Positions 13,689-26,925 are shown, counted from the first letter of the stretch. The stretch: DNA of 64,000 nt from the human T2T-CHM13v2.0 reference genome, Homo sapiens (GCF_009914755.1 NC_060927.1); one strand, 5' to 3'. Notes: generated by a model not told the origin, from the letters alone. Translations and numbers: made by a program.

Positions 13689-15710
13689 GCTGCCAGCCTG
13701 TAGTGGCAGAAGCTGACAATGAGTTCTTCATCCTTAATTTTTTCCCCCAGCTTACCCCTTGCAATTCCTTCCTGCCTAAAGGGAAATGACTGAGAACAGG
13801 TACAAGAATTCAAACTGCCAAACTGTGTTTGGCATCCGGATCCAGAGTCTGGGATGTCCTCTCTCTCAGTCACTGCCCCAGTAGACTTCCAGATCATAGA
13901 CAGGCCCTCCAGGCTCTCTGATATCTATAACAGGCCATAAGGCCTTTCTAGCATTCCTGTCCCAGCTCCCAGACCTAGAGAGGAACCTCCTCTCCTCCTC
14001 CCAGCCTACTGATTCACTTCATGCCTCCACTTGGACAACCCTCAACTCTTACTCACTCATCTTGGGGCCTATTCTCTCTTATATCCCTGGTCAGGGCTGC
14101 AGCCTCTTAACTGGAAGTTCACCTTTCTCCAGGTAAGAACTGACCACAACTGGTCTGAGTTGTATATCTCTTGTCCTGCCCCTTCTCCCAGCTGTGTAGA
14201 GCAAACTGGAACGAACTATGTTTTACTGGCTTGCTTGTTACTTGCAGATGATGCAGACTGCCCCTTACTGTGAGTGGGCATCAAATGCCTTGGGGGAAAG
14301 GTTTGGCTTTTCATGGAGCCAGTATGGGGTGAATCCTGCACTTTGTAAATGGACAAGGAACATAGAGAGGGGAGAACATTCAGGGGACCAGTGAACAATA
14401 TGAGGAGAGCAGTTTGGCTTGCACAGAAGGCTGTGACTGGAGAGATGTGGAAAGCAAGATTGGAGGGGCCTGTGGTAGGGGAGGGTGGGTGGTTGAGGTT
14501 TTGAGGTCAGGGTGAGGAGCTGCAATGAGCCTCAACCCCCTCAGATCCAGCTGAGAGGGAGCTGTGTGCATTTGCCAGACGTAATTCCACTTAATTCTCT
14601 GGGAGAACAGAGGCCTCTCCCAAACTGACTCCTCACAAGCAACTGGAGTAACCAAGCAAATGCACTTTGGCAGTTTGAATTCTGGTACCTGTTCTAAGCC
14701 ATTTCCTTTTAAGCAGGAGGGGATTGCAGCACAGTGAATCCAATCCATTACACGCAAGAGCTCCCACCTCCCCCAAGCACTCCCAATCAGCATGTCACCC
14801 AGTCCTTACTGTGGCCAGCTTCTTCCAGGGAGCTTTCTCAGAGCACGGAACCCTGCCCCACAGCTGGAGCCTTTCCTTCCTTCGCAGGGCCCATGAGGAC
14901 TTGCTCTCAGACTCCAGTGATGCCCCAGGGCAGTGGCCCTCATTGTTTATCACAATTGCCCCTTCCATGGGCAGGACCAGAAGAGGCTTTCTCTGAATGC
15001 TGCTGGCCTTACCCAGCTATGCACAGAAGGACATCTCAGACCCCGGCTCTTCCGCTGCCTGCCTTTCAGACCTTGGCCAAAGTATTATCTACCAAGGCTA
15101 TGGTTTTCTTATTCCTGCCTTTTCTCTGTGGGTTGGTCTTATCTTCTCCCTTAGGGCGGAACCACACTTCTTGCAGCCCATGGCACTGAACTTTCCATCC
15201 ATCACCTAAGCATGAACTAAAAGTGTGTTTGCTAGCATCACTCACCAATGGGCAGGGTGGGGCTTATCAAGGGTTTAGCTTACAGCGAGGGGAGGAAGGA
15301 AGACTTTGCATTCAGAAAACAAGCCCAGGGTGCCAGGCACATACATTTTGCTCTTATGTGAGCTTTGTCTTCTCTGCTGTATTCTGAGGTTTTAACTCTG
15401 AATAGGTGATAATGGTCAGCTCACTCTGCAGTGAGGTGGAACTTTGCTGAAGGGAACACTCCCATTCTCAGTTGGCCAGGGAAGAGGATGGCTCAAAGCA
15501 TAAGCCAGACCTGTGTGAGTGGAAGGGAGAACTACTTCTCTTTGTTTTGTTCTGAGCTTTGAGAACTCACAGTGTGCTTAGAGGTACCTCTAGTTTTCAG
15601 GGATGAAAAATTATATTAGGAACTAGGAAAGTGATGCACCTGCAGCAGGTCGCATGCTAATGACAGGCTTGCATCCTGCCTCTCATGCCAGGTTTTTGAA
15701 TTTGCAATCT

Positions 15711-16115
15711 TTCTTTTTAAAGTTTAATTTAATTTTAAGTTCTGGGATACATGTGCAGGACATGCAGGTTTGTTACATAGGTAAATGTGTGCCGTGGTGG
15801 TTTGATGTCCCTATCAACCCATCACCTAGATATTAAGCGCCACATGCAGTAGCTATTTATACTAATGCTCTCCCTCCTCCCTGCCACCTGACAGGCCCCA
15901 GTGTGTGATGTTCCCCTCCCTGTGTCCATGTGTTCTCATTGTTCAGCTCCCACTTATAAATGAAAACATACAGTGTTTGGTTTTCTGTTCCTGCATTAGT
16001 TTGCTGAGGATAATGGTTTCCAGCTCCATCCATGTCCCTGCAAAGGACATGATCTTGTTCCTTTTTATGGCCACATAGTATTCCGTGGTGTATATATATG
16101 AACTACATTTTCTTT
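15711..16115 (-). mobile_element. L1PA (PA8-PA13-like) 3' end
   Basis: ttttaagttctgggatacatgtgcaggacatgcaggtttgttacatagg is the reverse complement of a primate L1 3' UTR. Confidence 0.9.
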
Positions 16116-16117
16116 AA

Positions 16118-16173
16118 GGGATTAGGTTTTAACATATGAATTTGGAGAGGACACAAACGTTTAGTCTATAGCA
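16118..16173 (-). mobile_element. MLT1/MST LTR terminal fragment
   Basis: ggattaggttttaacatatgaatttggagaggacacaaac..tctatagca. Confidence 0.6.
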
Positions 16174-16474
16174 CTGACTGTCTTAAGGGAGAAAGAAGGA
16201 GATGACGTACAAAAGCTATCTTTGAAGTCTTTAAGGGCAGGGTCTTAGTAGAGTAGTTAGGATGGGAAGGAGAGGTTTTGAATGTTGTCCTCCTAGTAAG
16301 GACCTATGGTTACCTGATGTTATATGGGGCCCAGCAAGAAAGAATGAGTAAGGAGTCATCTGTGGAACCAGATAGACTGTTTGAGTTCTAAGAGTACTGT
16401 TTTCACTTTTACTGTTTATTTTCTTATATGGTATTTTCCACCTTTAGCAGATGAGCTATTTCTACAAAGCATCA

Positions 16475-16862
<388 letters not shown>

Positions 16863-17341
16863 TAAAGAGAGAACAGGTTTGAGAAATAGTAGATAGACTC
16901 AGTGGACCATGGTAGATAAACTGGATAAGGAAGAGAAGGATAGGTCTGCCTCTCCCATTTGGCACATGGGCCCCCAGATGGATTATGATGCCAGTCGCTG
17001 AGGTGGCAACATGGAAGGAGAAGGAGTTATGTGCAGCAGCTGAAGAGTCCATTTTAGAGAAAAGATCAATGCGAGGTGCCAGAGATGTCTAGTGGGCAGT
17101 GGGATTGTCACATCTGATGCTTAGGAGACAGGTATGTGCTAGAGATGGAGACTTGAGTCTCCTGGATATATGTGCTTGATAGTGGAGGGCTTGGGCATGG
17201 ATCTCATTACACGTAGAGTCAAAAGAAGGCTACAGACACTCCCAGAGATGGATAATCCTCTAAACGGGCTGCTAGATAGCCTGTGGGGATCCCAGTATGC
17301 ACCTGTCTCAACTTGAGTGTTTCTAAGCTTTCTCTATTTTC

Positions 17342-17468
17342 TTTTTTTTATTATTTCCTCAGGTTTTTGGGGAATGGGTGGTATTTGGTTACATGAGTAA
17401 GTTCTTGAGTTGCGATTTGTGAGATTTTGGTGGACTCATCACCTGAGCACTATACAGTGAACCCAGTT
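17342..17468 (-). mobile_element. L1PB1-like 3' end fragment
   Basis: ggtttttggggaatgggtggtatttggttacatgagtaagttc..gtgagattttggtg. Confidence 0.75.
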
Positions 17469-18477
17469 TGGTCTTCTTAGTGTTTCCCTCTTGTCAACTG
17501 AATGAAATTACCCAAGCCTGGGCCTGTGTGGGCTATGATGACCTGGAGAAGGACCTGCATCCCTTTGTGGACCACAGCACTGCAGAGGATGTAGTACCCT
17601 TGGAGGCTGTCAGGGTGAGGGTGGCAGTAACAGCAGTGGGCCCAGCCAGAGATTGAGCTTAGCCACATGTGCCTGCTGAGCCCTCCTTACAGGGGCACTG
17701 ACCTGTCCTTTAGAAGATTGTTTGTAATCCAGTGGCTAGTTTGGGGTTTTTCCGTTTGTTTGTTTAGTTTTTATTTTATCTTATGTTATGCTGTTTGGAG
17801 AAATGCATCCCTTGTTTATGCTTTCCTTTATTCTTTTTAATCCCTTGGCCCATCTTTTTTTTTCTATGTTTCAAGCTGAAAAGATTATCTTCCACAACAC
17901 TTACTTGGTACATTTTCCCTTTTATTGTTGCAAGTCAGATTTTGTATTCATTATTTGTTCTGCTAGAATGAACCCAAAGTTCAGTATTTCACTATCCCTT
18001 TATGCAAAATTATTCCCCTTTGAAGAGAGCCACCAGAGACTTTCCTTGTGGGCTTTCACTATTTTTCCCCAGATGTGTTGCTGACTGGACTTCCAGCTTT
18101 TCTGTGTCTGAGGCTCCCCAGACTGAAGAATCAGCTCTCCAGCCCCCAAGGAGCCCTTCTTTGTCTGCTCACCTCATCCGTGAGTGTGATCCCATGGCAG
18201 CTAATTACACCTTGCTCAGCAGCAATTCACACAACACCACCAGTTGGAAGAGTTTCTCCCACAGGCCAACTGATTTCGGTTCCTTTTACTTTCCCAATAA
18301 GATATCCTATTTAAAAGGAAAAGAAAGAGAGATGCAGCCACATAATTGAACCATTTCTTCTCTGTTCTTCGGGTTTTGAATAATTCTCCAAGTGTGTCAA
18401 ATTGTCTGCACTGTGTCTTCCACCATCCCACAAACAGGTCCTTCATTAGGAAGGAAGGGTGGCAGCTTTTGGAGAAG

Positions 18478-18570
18478 CGCTTCTCAAACTCAAACATGCA
18501 CATCAGTCAGTAGGGGGGATCTTGGTAAAATGCAGATCCCGATTTAACAAGTCTGGGGTAGGTCTGGCTG
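18478..18570. mobile_element. MER5A-like hAT fragment
   Basis: cttctcaaact..gggggatcttggtaaaatgcagat..agtctggggt. Confidence 0.55.
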
Positions 18571-19899
18571 CTTCCATCAACTTCACTTTGACTAAGACCA
18601 TGCGGAAAATACTTACTAGATGCTGAGTGTGTCTAACACTTTTGTGTTGAAAAGACAGTGGCAGAAAGACAGCATCTAATCAGCATTAGATTAGCAGCAA
18701 CTAATCTAATGCTGGCTAGATTCATTGCTTTTAGTTATTGGCATTGTGAGAGACACTGAAATTGAATGCATATTACCTGGTGGGAAATATTTTTTTTTGG
18801 AGTGAATTAGTTAACCCTTTAGTGAAGGCCTACTGTGTGCTAAAGGCTGGGGATATGGGTAGGATCTACCAGAACTCCGATTATAGAAGGAGATGATAGA
18901 AATGCTGAGGATAAAAGCTGCACTGGAGGGACCGTGGGAAGACAAAGGGGATACTTAACCTTGGACCAGGCAGGAGCCCCAGGGAGATGTTCCTGGAGCA
19001 AATCTAGAAAAATACTGGGCTTTAGCACAGAGAGGAGGGGGTATTCCAGACTAGAAAACAGGTGTTAGGTAGGAAGGAGCACAATGTGGCTGGATCAGAG
19101 GGAAGAAGACTGGACTGGCCAACTGAGGACCAGGTCATGGAGGGAGGGCCTCCTCATATATCATCCTGAGGACAGGGGACCACAGAGGCTTTCCTGCCTC
19201 CATGTGGTTAAGAGTATCTTAGGGACGAAGGACTCCTCGGCAAACCACATAGATGTTGGCTGGAATGCAGAGACTCAGGGGAGGGAGACCAGCAGAAAAG
19301 AATGATTATTTCTGAGTGCACTTTCAAGTAGAGCACTCCCCCAAAAGTACTAAAAGTCATGTATTTGTTTATTCCAAACTCAAGTTAAAGTGGGCATCAA
19401 GGTTAGATTTGCAGGCAAATCTCATGAGACTCCATAGGCAAAGGGACAAAGGTGGCAGTTGGGCGTGTCTGGGGCTGAAGAGGACCCTGCTACACCTTGT
19501 CAAGTGTATGTCCCAGTTCCCTCTGCAGCTGTCACCTGCCACCACCCTACCAAGGAGATAAACACCCAGTCCCCAGGGGTCAGCTGGTCACCTTGCCCCT
19601 TCCAAAAGTCAGATGGGTTATTAAATAAACTGAGGATCTGGCTTACATTTTACTACATGAAAGGCATTGATTTCAAATCAGAGGGTGATAAGCCCAAGAA
19701 GGTGTCCAGATTTGCTTGGAAAGTGGGCTCAGGGCATTGCCAGAAAGACAGAGTAAAGAAGGATTCTTGCCCTCAGTTCTCTCTTTTACTGTCCTGCCAG
19801 GGTGTCTGAGGTTCCACCATTGCAGTACCAACCTTTTATTTTAATAGATAATCCCCCCTGAGAAATGAAAATACCTCCTGCAGGAGTCAGGTGTTAAGC

Positions 19900-20222
19900 T
19901 AGGAGTCAGCAAAGTGTAGCCTATAGGCCAAATCTGGTTGACTACCTGTTTTTGTAAAACTGTGAACTAAGAGATGGTTTTTACATTTTAAATCATTGAA
20001 AATAAGAAAAATAATATTTCATAGCACATTAAAATTATATGAAGTTTTATTCTTAGTGCATGTAGATAAAGATTTATTGGAACACGGCCACACTCATTAG
20101 TTCACATAGTGCCTATGGTTACCCTACAGCAGCAGAGCCGAGTCGTTTCAATAGATTATGTGGCCCTCAAAGCCTAAATATTTACTATTTGGTTCTTTAC
20201 AGAAAAAGTTTCGTGACCCCTG
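19900..20222 (+). mobile_element. MER58B-like hAT-Charlie DNA transposon fossil
   Basis: Degenerate TIRs taggagtcagcaaa / tttcgtgacccctg; 8-bp TSD tgttaagc / tgtgaagc (hAT signature). Confidence 0.85.
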
Positions 20223-22419
20223 TGTGAAGCTCTTGTTGTCCATTGGCGCCTTAGCAGGGAGTGGGTGATTAGATGCGTAGCAAAGCCTTGAAAGAATGGG
20301 AGATCAAATGGACATATTTAGACAGAGGCAAAGAAGTGTAACAGTCCAAAGCAAAGTTCACTGCACAAAGGGCAGGAACATCCTGTGAGATAAGCAATTC
20401 TAGCCCATTTAATAGATAAGGAAAACTTAGAGAGATTGACTGTCTTGCCCAAAATCTCACAGCGGTAAATGGTAAATATGGAATTCAAATTCGTATCAGC
20501 CTATTCCAGAGGGCATCTTACTGTGTCAGAAGAAAGAGGATAGAAAAAGGGGACTGAGAATTTCCAAAGGGGGATGTTATGAGCTTTATAAAAGGGTATA
20601 TCAGAAAACATTTTAGAAGAGAGACATAGCCTGCATGTCCTTAAGCAATGTATTTAACTTTTCAGTTACCTTATCTATAAGATGGTGATGAGACTTACCT
20701 GGAAATGGTAGCTGGAGTTCAATGGGACAATGTCTACATAGCACCTAAGAGGTGCCACAACTTTCATTTCCTTGATTGAACCAGGTATAGGGAACCATTG
20801 TCTTGAAGTTATAACGTGTTCAAAAATAAACCCAGGCTTGAAGACTGTCCATCTTTCAGATACTACTTGCCTGAAACTAAAGTTACCTCTGATTATCTCA
20901 TGGGCCAGAGAAACACAAAGTGGGCCTGAGACTTGGGTGTCAAGCTTCAAACCCAAAGATGCCGGGCCCAGGTGTGGCTCCTTACACCAGGGCAGGAAGA
21001 CTCTACCTTTTCCTTAAAGAGAATTCAGCATGAAAAATTACCCATATACCCTTCCATTCAATAGGACAGCACTGACTTTTTGAGCTTCATACCAGGTGGC
21101 TCAGCTTCTTCCTCTACCCTCACAATCTCTTTCCTATGTTTTTGAATCTCTCCTCTTTATCAATAACCTCTCTTCTCCCTGTCCCCGTTTTTGACTTGCC
21201 TCTCCTTCCCCTTCATTTCTTCTACATTCTTCCTCTGGTTCCTTCTGCTCCTCTTCCCTTTCCTAAGCATATGCCCTGAACCCCACACAGGGGTAGGTGA
21301 TGGGGGAATGGGGTCAGGTGCAAACCAGTGGAGATGGAGCTAGGTATGGAGTGAGAAGGGCTGAACCCAACCCTTAGCTGGGTCATAATCTAGCCACAGG
21401 CTTTGCTTAAGCTATTTCTCTGGCTGAGCTTTGGTTCCCTAACTGTAAATTAAGAATCATAATCCTTGGCCAAGCTATTTTGTAAGATTGTTAAGACCAA
21501 AAGAGATTCCAGCATAGAAGTACTTCACAAAATTTAAATCCCTATGCAAATGAATGCTATGATTAAATTGGGAAAATAGACACCATCATGCAAATGAAAA
21601 CACACACACATGAGTACACACATTTAAATCCATAGAATTGAGTAAGGCTGTGTGGCTTAAGCATCATGTCCTGGATTTTTGTACTTAAGATTGGGATCAA
21701 AGGGAGACAGTGGGGTGTGGTAGAAAGTGTACAGTCCTGGGGGTCGGTCCAGGAACTCAGATTTCAGTCTCAACTATGCCATAGCTCACTCTGCAACCTT
21801 GGGAAAGTCACTGCTGTTCAGCTTTGGCTTCCCTAAATGTAAATACCTTGTTATGAGGACCAGCTGCAAGGCTGCCAGTGGAGAGCCTTGCACAGAACCA
21901 CACACGATGGGGCTCAGAGAACAGCAGCGCTTTTTAGTTCCCTTTATCTCAATTTTAAAAATCACAATGGAGTACTTTTTCCTCAAATAATTGGAAAAAT
22001 CATTATTGAGGCCTGAATTCCACTGACTGCAGCAGCGTGACCCCAGGGCAGGTGCTCCGGAGTTTGCAGCTGCTAAGGGGATTGCTCAGATCTTCCTGGC
22101 AAGCAGCTGAGCTTCTGGCGGAGGGCCTCGTGGGGGCACTTCTCCGTGAATAACGACCTGTTTTGACATCACTGACATAGCTGATCATTAAGGTGCAGCA
22201 AATGGCTCTGTACAGGATGCTGATTTACCTACTCAATGGTATCTTAATGTGCTTAAAGAGCTGCCAGATAAAAGTGCCCATGCTCAAGTCTGCTTTGATC
22301 TGACTCTCCTGTGGATAAGCCTGGGTAATGAGACTTGGAGGTTTTCTAGGTCCAATAACATCAGCCCTGAGGGGAAGAGGGTGTGGGCAGACTTCACTCA
22401 TCCCAAACAGTACTCAATA

Positions 22420-23580
22420 ATAATAACAGTAATAATCATTACCACTCACTGAGCACTTACTATTTGCCAAGCCTTATCTAAGGGCATTCATTGCATGCAC
22501 GTGGTCATTTATTCTTCACTGAACCCTGAAAACTGTTATTTTCCCATTTTACAGATGAGATCACTGAGGTTAATACACTTGCCACACAGCTAGTAATATT
22601 GAGGCCAGCTCCATCTGTCTGCAGACATAGAGATCCTGCCCAATTTCCTACAATGCATCTCAAAGGAAAGAAGAACACTGCCATCTTTTGAGGCCATTGG
22701 AGGAAAGCTATTTGGGGGAAAGTTCTGAAATTAGAACTCTTCCCCCATGTTAAAAAGGAAATATGTCATTGGATAGTAAGGCAGACTTGAGAGAGGACCA
22801 TGGCTTGTGGATGGTGGAGGTGGGAGGGGTATCACTCTTGTCACCCAGGCCCACCACTGGGACCTGTCTTCATTCAGGATAACAAGGTCATTCATCATTC
22901 AACCTTAGATGACCTCTCAGGCACCATAAGGGGAAAAGCCTTGCCCAAGGTTATGTAGAGAGGTGGAACCACAGCTAGAATCAGGCCTCCTGACTCAGAG
23001 CCCCACATGCTACCTCATCTCCCCATGGACCTGGGTCTGTCCCTGAGCTGCACAGTCTGCCTACTCCCTCTTCCACTGACAGTTCTTTGAAATTTTGCAG
23101 CAGGCCAGAATGTCTCCCTGCAGGGAGTCAGCAGAGGATACAGCTTCAGAGTGCAGGCTCCGAAGCCAGAAAGACCCAGGTTCAAATCCAGTTCCATTTG
23201 ACTCAAGGACATTGGATAAGTCAGTGAACCTCTCAGAACCCTCAGATGTGGCATCTGCAAAATGAGGTTAATAGCAGTACCTATCGCAGAGGGTTGTCAC
23301 AAGGCAGAACTGTGTCTGAAAGGTAGGAATGCCTAAATTAATTCTAGCAATGAGGAAAGTGAAGGCAGAGGAGAGCAAGTAGAAGTGACTAAAGTGCTTT
23401 TGGGAGTCTGGCCAGCCTGTCAGCATTATTTGCTGTCTGTGTGACCTTAGGCAGGTCATTTGATATCTCAGCCTCAATTGTCTCCATGGTAAAATTACCC
23501 TGCTAATCCCTTCCTCAGATGGATGCTGTGCAGGTTGATAACATGTGTAAGAGGCCCGGCAAAGTGCCTGTTAAATGGTG
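22420..23580. mobile_element. Cluster of MIR fragments in both orientations
   Basis: Repeated MIR cores such as cccattttacagatgagatcactgagg, tgtgaccttaggcaggtca and ctgcaaaatgagg; approximate. Confidence 0.65.
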
Positions 23581-24479
23581 GCTTCCTTCCTGCTCTCTGC
23601 ATGACCCAGTGGAGGGCAGCCCCAGCCAGCCTGGGTACCTATGCTGCCATCTGCCCACAAGCCATACTTGGATTCTCATAATGTGTGTGACCACAGAAAG
23701 TCACCCCCTCTCCCTGCCACAGTTGTCCTCATCTCTAAAGTGGGCAGAACAGTGCCCCCTTCTCCCCACATCTACCTCCCAGAGATCCTGGTGGAGGGAG
23801 GAACTGGATGGAGAGCCACGAGCTGGCCGAGGTTGGCCCCAGGAGCTCTGTTAAGTGTGGTGTGACCCATGAAGTACCAACTTAGGGGCTTGGAGCATTG
23901 ACCCCACCCTAACCATGCAGAGGGACAGTGTAGTCCTGGCCTAACTGAGCTTCCACTCAACTCAAGACACTTCCCTCAGGGCCTACTCTGCACCCAACCA
24001 GCCCCTGGGAACCATGAGCTGGAGCGGTGGTGAGGTGAGGGCAGACAGGTGAGCACTCCATTCCAATACAGGGCAGTCAGGGCACTGACAAGCAAAGCCT
24101 AGGGTCTGTGAGAACAGAGGTAAGGTACAGTGGCCAGGCTTGAGAAAGCTTCCCCAAGAAGGTGGCACCTCGGCTGAAATCTGAAGGATGAATACATTAG
24201 CCAGATGCCTAAGGGATTGGGGAAGGGGCCAGTGATGGGAAGGAGCAGGGAACAGCATCTGCAGGAGAGCTTGCTGCTTAACTGCTACGCCTCCAGGGCA
24301 TTTCCGTCCACTCTTCTGTCAACGTTGTGGCTGTATGACTGACAGGAGACAGGCATTTGTGTTGCAGAGAAGGGTTTTGGAGAAAGGTAAGTGATGGGGT
24401 AGATGGACTAGTGTGTTTTGTTTTCCTGTTTGTTTTCTTTTCCTTTTTTTATCTTGAATATATTTTTGTATCTTTTAAA

Positions 24480-25978
24480 AAAATTTTTTTAAATTATTTT
24501 TACCACTTTTGTGGGTACATAGTAGGTGTATATATTTATGGGGTTCATGAGATGTTTTGATACAGGAATGCAAACTGAAATGAGCATATCATGGAGAATG
24601 GAGTATCCATCCCCTCATAAGCATTTATCCTCTGAGTTTCAGTCAATCAAATTGTATTCTTTAAGTTACTTTAAAATATACAGTTAAATTATTGACTATA
24701 GTCACCTTCCTCTGCTGTCAGATAGTAGGTCTTACTCATTCTTTGTATTTTTTATATCCATTAACCATCCCCACCTCCCCTTACCAACCCCCTACCACCC
24801 TTCTCAGCCTTTAGTAACCATCCTTCTACTCTCTATATTTATGAGTTCAATTGATTTGATTTTTAGATCCCACAAATAAGTGAGAATATGCAATGTTTGT
24901 CTTTCTGTGCTTGACTTATTTCACTTAACATAATGATCTCCAGTTCCATCCATGCTGTTGCAAATAACCGGATCTCATTCTCTTTTATGGCTGAATAGTA
25001 CTCCATTGTGTATATATACCACATTTGCTGTATCCATTTATCTGTTAATGGACACTTAGGTTACTTCCAAATCTTAATTATTGTAGACAGTGCTGCAACA
25101 AACATAGGTGTGCAGATATCTCTTCAATACACTTGATTTCTTTTCTTTGGGGTATATACCTAGGAATCGGATTGCTGGATTAAATGGTAGCTACTTTTTT
25201 AGTTTTTTGAGGAATCTCAAAACCGTTCTCCATAGTAGTTGTATTAATTTACATTCCCACCAACAGTGTACAAGGGTTCCCTTTTCTCCACATCCTCGCT
25301 AGCATTTGTTGTTGCCTGTCTTTTGGATATGGGCCATTTTAACTGGGGTGACATGATATCTCATTGCAGTTATGATTTGCATTTCTCTGATGATCAGTGA
25401 TGTTGAGCCCCTTTTCATATGCCTGTTTCCCATTTGTAGGTCTTCTTTTAAGAAATGTCTATTCAAATATTTTGCCTATCCTTCGATCGAATTCCTAGAA
25501 TTTTTTTCCTGTAGAGTTGTTTGAATTCCTCATATGGTCTGGTCATTAATCCCTTGTCAGAGGGGTAGTTGGCATAGATCTTCTTCCATTCTGTGAGTTG
25601 TCTCTTCACTTTGTTGATTGTTTCCTTTGCTGTGCAGAAGCTTTTTAACTTGATGTGATCCCATTTGTCCATGTTCACCTTGTGAACATGTTGCCTGTGC
25701 TTGTGGGGTGTTGCTCAAGAAATCTTTGCCCAGACTAATCAGTGTCCTAGAGATTTTTCCCAATGTTTTCTGATAGCTGTTTTCATAGTTTGAGGTCTTA
25801 TATTTAAGTGTTTAATTCATTGTGATTTGATTTTTGTATGTGGTGAGAGATGGGGTCTAGTTTCATTCTTCTGCATATGCATATCCAGTTTTCCCAGCAC
25901 CACTTAATGAAGAGACTGTCTTTTCCGCAGTGTATGTTTCTGAAACGTTTGTCAAAAATAAGTTCATTGTAAGTGTGT
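24480..25978 (-). mobile_element. L1MA1/2-like 3' 1.5 kb (end of ORF2 plus 3' UTR)
   Basis: gtgggtacatagtaggtgtatatatttatgggg 3' UTR; minus-strand ORF 25463..25678 ([24 protein letters not shown]) is L1 ORF2 C-terminal sequence. Confidence 0.9.
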
Positions 25979-26627
25979 TACTGTTGGTTTTTATTAGAGA
26001 TGTGGTGAGGTTTCCAATGCAGACCATGAAGTAAGTAGATCGAACTGTCTAGAGAGATTCTGTGAGGCAGTGGACATAATAACCAGAGTTCACCTGGCAA
26101 AGGCACAAGGTAGGTCTCCTCGGGGAGAGCCCCTTCTCCCCACCTTCCATGGATCCCAGCCAGTCTGGGCCCCTGTGGCTTGGGTGTTCCCTGGTCAGGT
26201 GAAGAGGGCCAGTCCTGGCCACATGAGCAGCAGGCATGGACAGTGGGGCCCCGGCAGGTGTGGAAGCCCAGGGAGACCTGTGTGGGGAATGCGGAGAACC
26301 TGTCTGGGGCCTCTAAAAACTAATGCATTCTGAGGAGGACTCATTTCTGATAAGTTCTTGGTTGGTGGAGGTTGGTATTTAGGGCAAAATGTGAACTCAC
26401 TTTCAGCCACAGTTTAAGACAAGCTTTATTATTTGGTTACTCTTGTTTTAGTAACAAGGCTCTGCTGGTGGACAGTGCTGAGAAAGCTGTGTTCCCTCTC
26501 TGCGTTCCCCAGTGCCAGTGTCTGTCTCTGGCCTGAGACTCTGCATCTCTGGTTGTAGCAGCCACCCTCACACAGGCTGAACCAGGCAGGCAAGGAGCAG
26601 GGACCTTCTACCTGCTGGGAGGTTTGG

Positions 26628-26925
26628 TTTTTTTTTTTTTTTTTGAGACTGAGTCTTGCTCTGTCGCCCAGGCTGGAGTGCAGTGGTACAATCTCAGCTC
26701 ACTGCAAGGTCTGCCTCCCAGGTTCACGCCATTCTCCTGCCTCAGCCTCCTGAGTAGCTGGGACTAGAGTTGCCCACCACCATGCCCAGCTAATGTTTTG
26801 TATTTTTAGTAGAGACGGGGTTTCATCATGTTAGCCAGGATGGTCTTGATCTCCTGACCTCACAATCCGCCTGCCTCAGCCTCCCAAAGTGCTGGGATTA
26901 CAGGCGTGAGCCACCAAGCCCAGCC
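26628..26925 (-). mobile_element. Alu (AluY-like)
   Basis: Diagnostics ggttcacgccattc and gttagccaggatggtc; TSD ggaggtttggtt (26618-26629 / 26927-26938). Confidence 0.93.

Noticed and set aside
14248-14269. Possible microexon (ttgcAG ... GTGAGT)
   Set aside because: 22 nt, frameshifting; better treated as part of the RS-exon candidate.
14465-14489. G-quadruplex-like GGGG-N9-GGGG-a-GGG-t-GGG
   Set aside because: Long first loop, common motif, no functional context.
14724-15209. Stack of overlapping ORFs up to 151 aa
   Set aside because: Mostly non-ATG starts, no recognisable domain, no supporting splice structure.
26462-26475. 14-mer ctgctggtggacag shared with the exon at ~49160 and partly REST-like
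   Set aside because: 14-bp matches are expected by chance in 64 kb, and the RE1 left half-site is missing.
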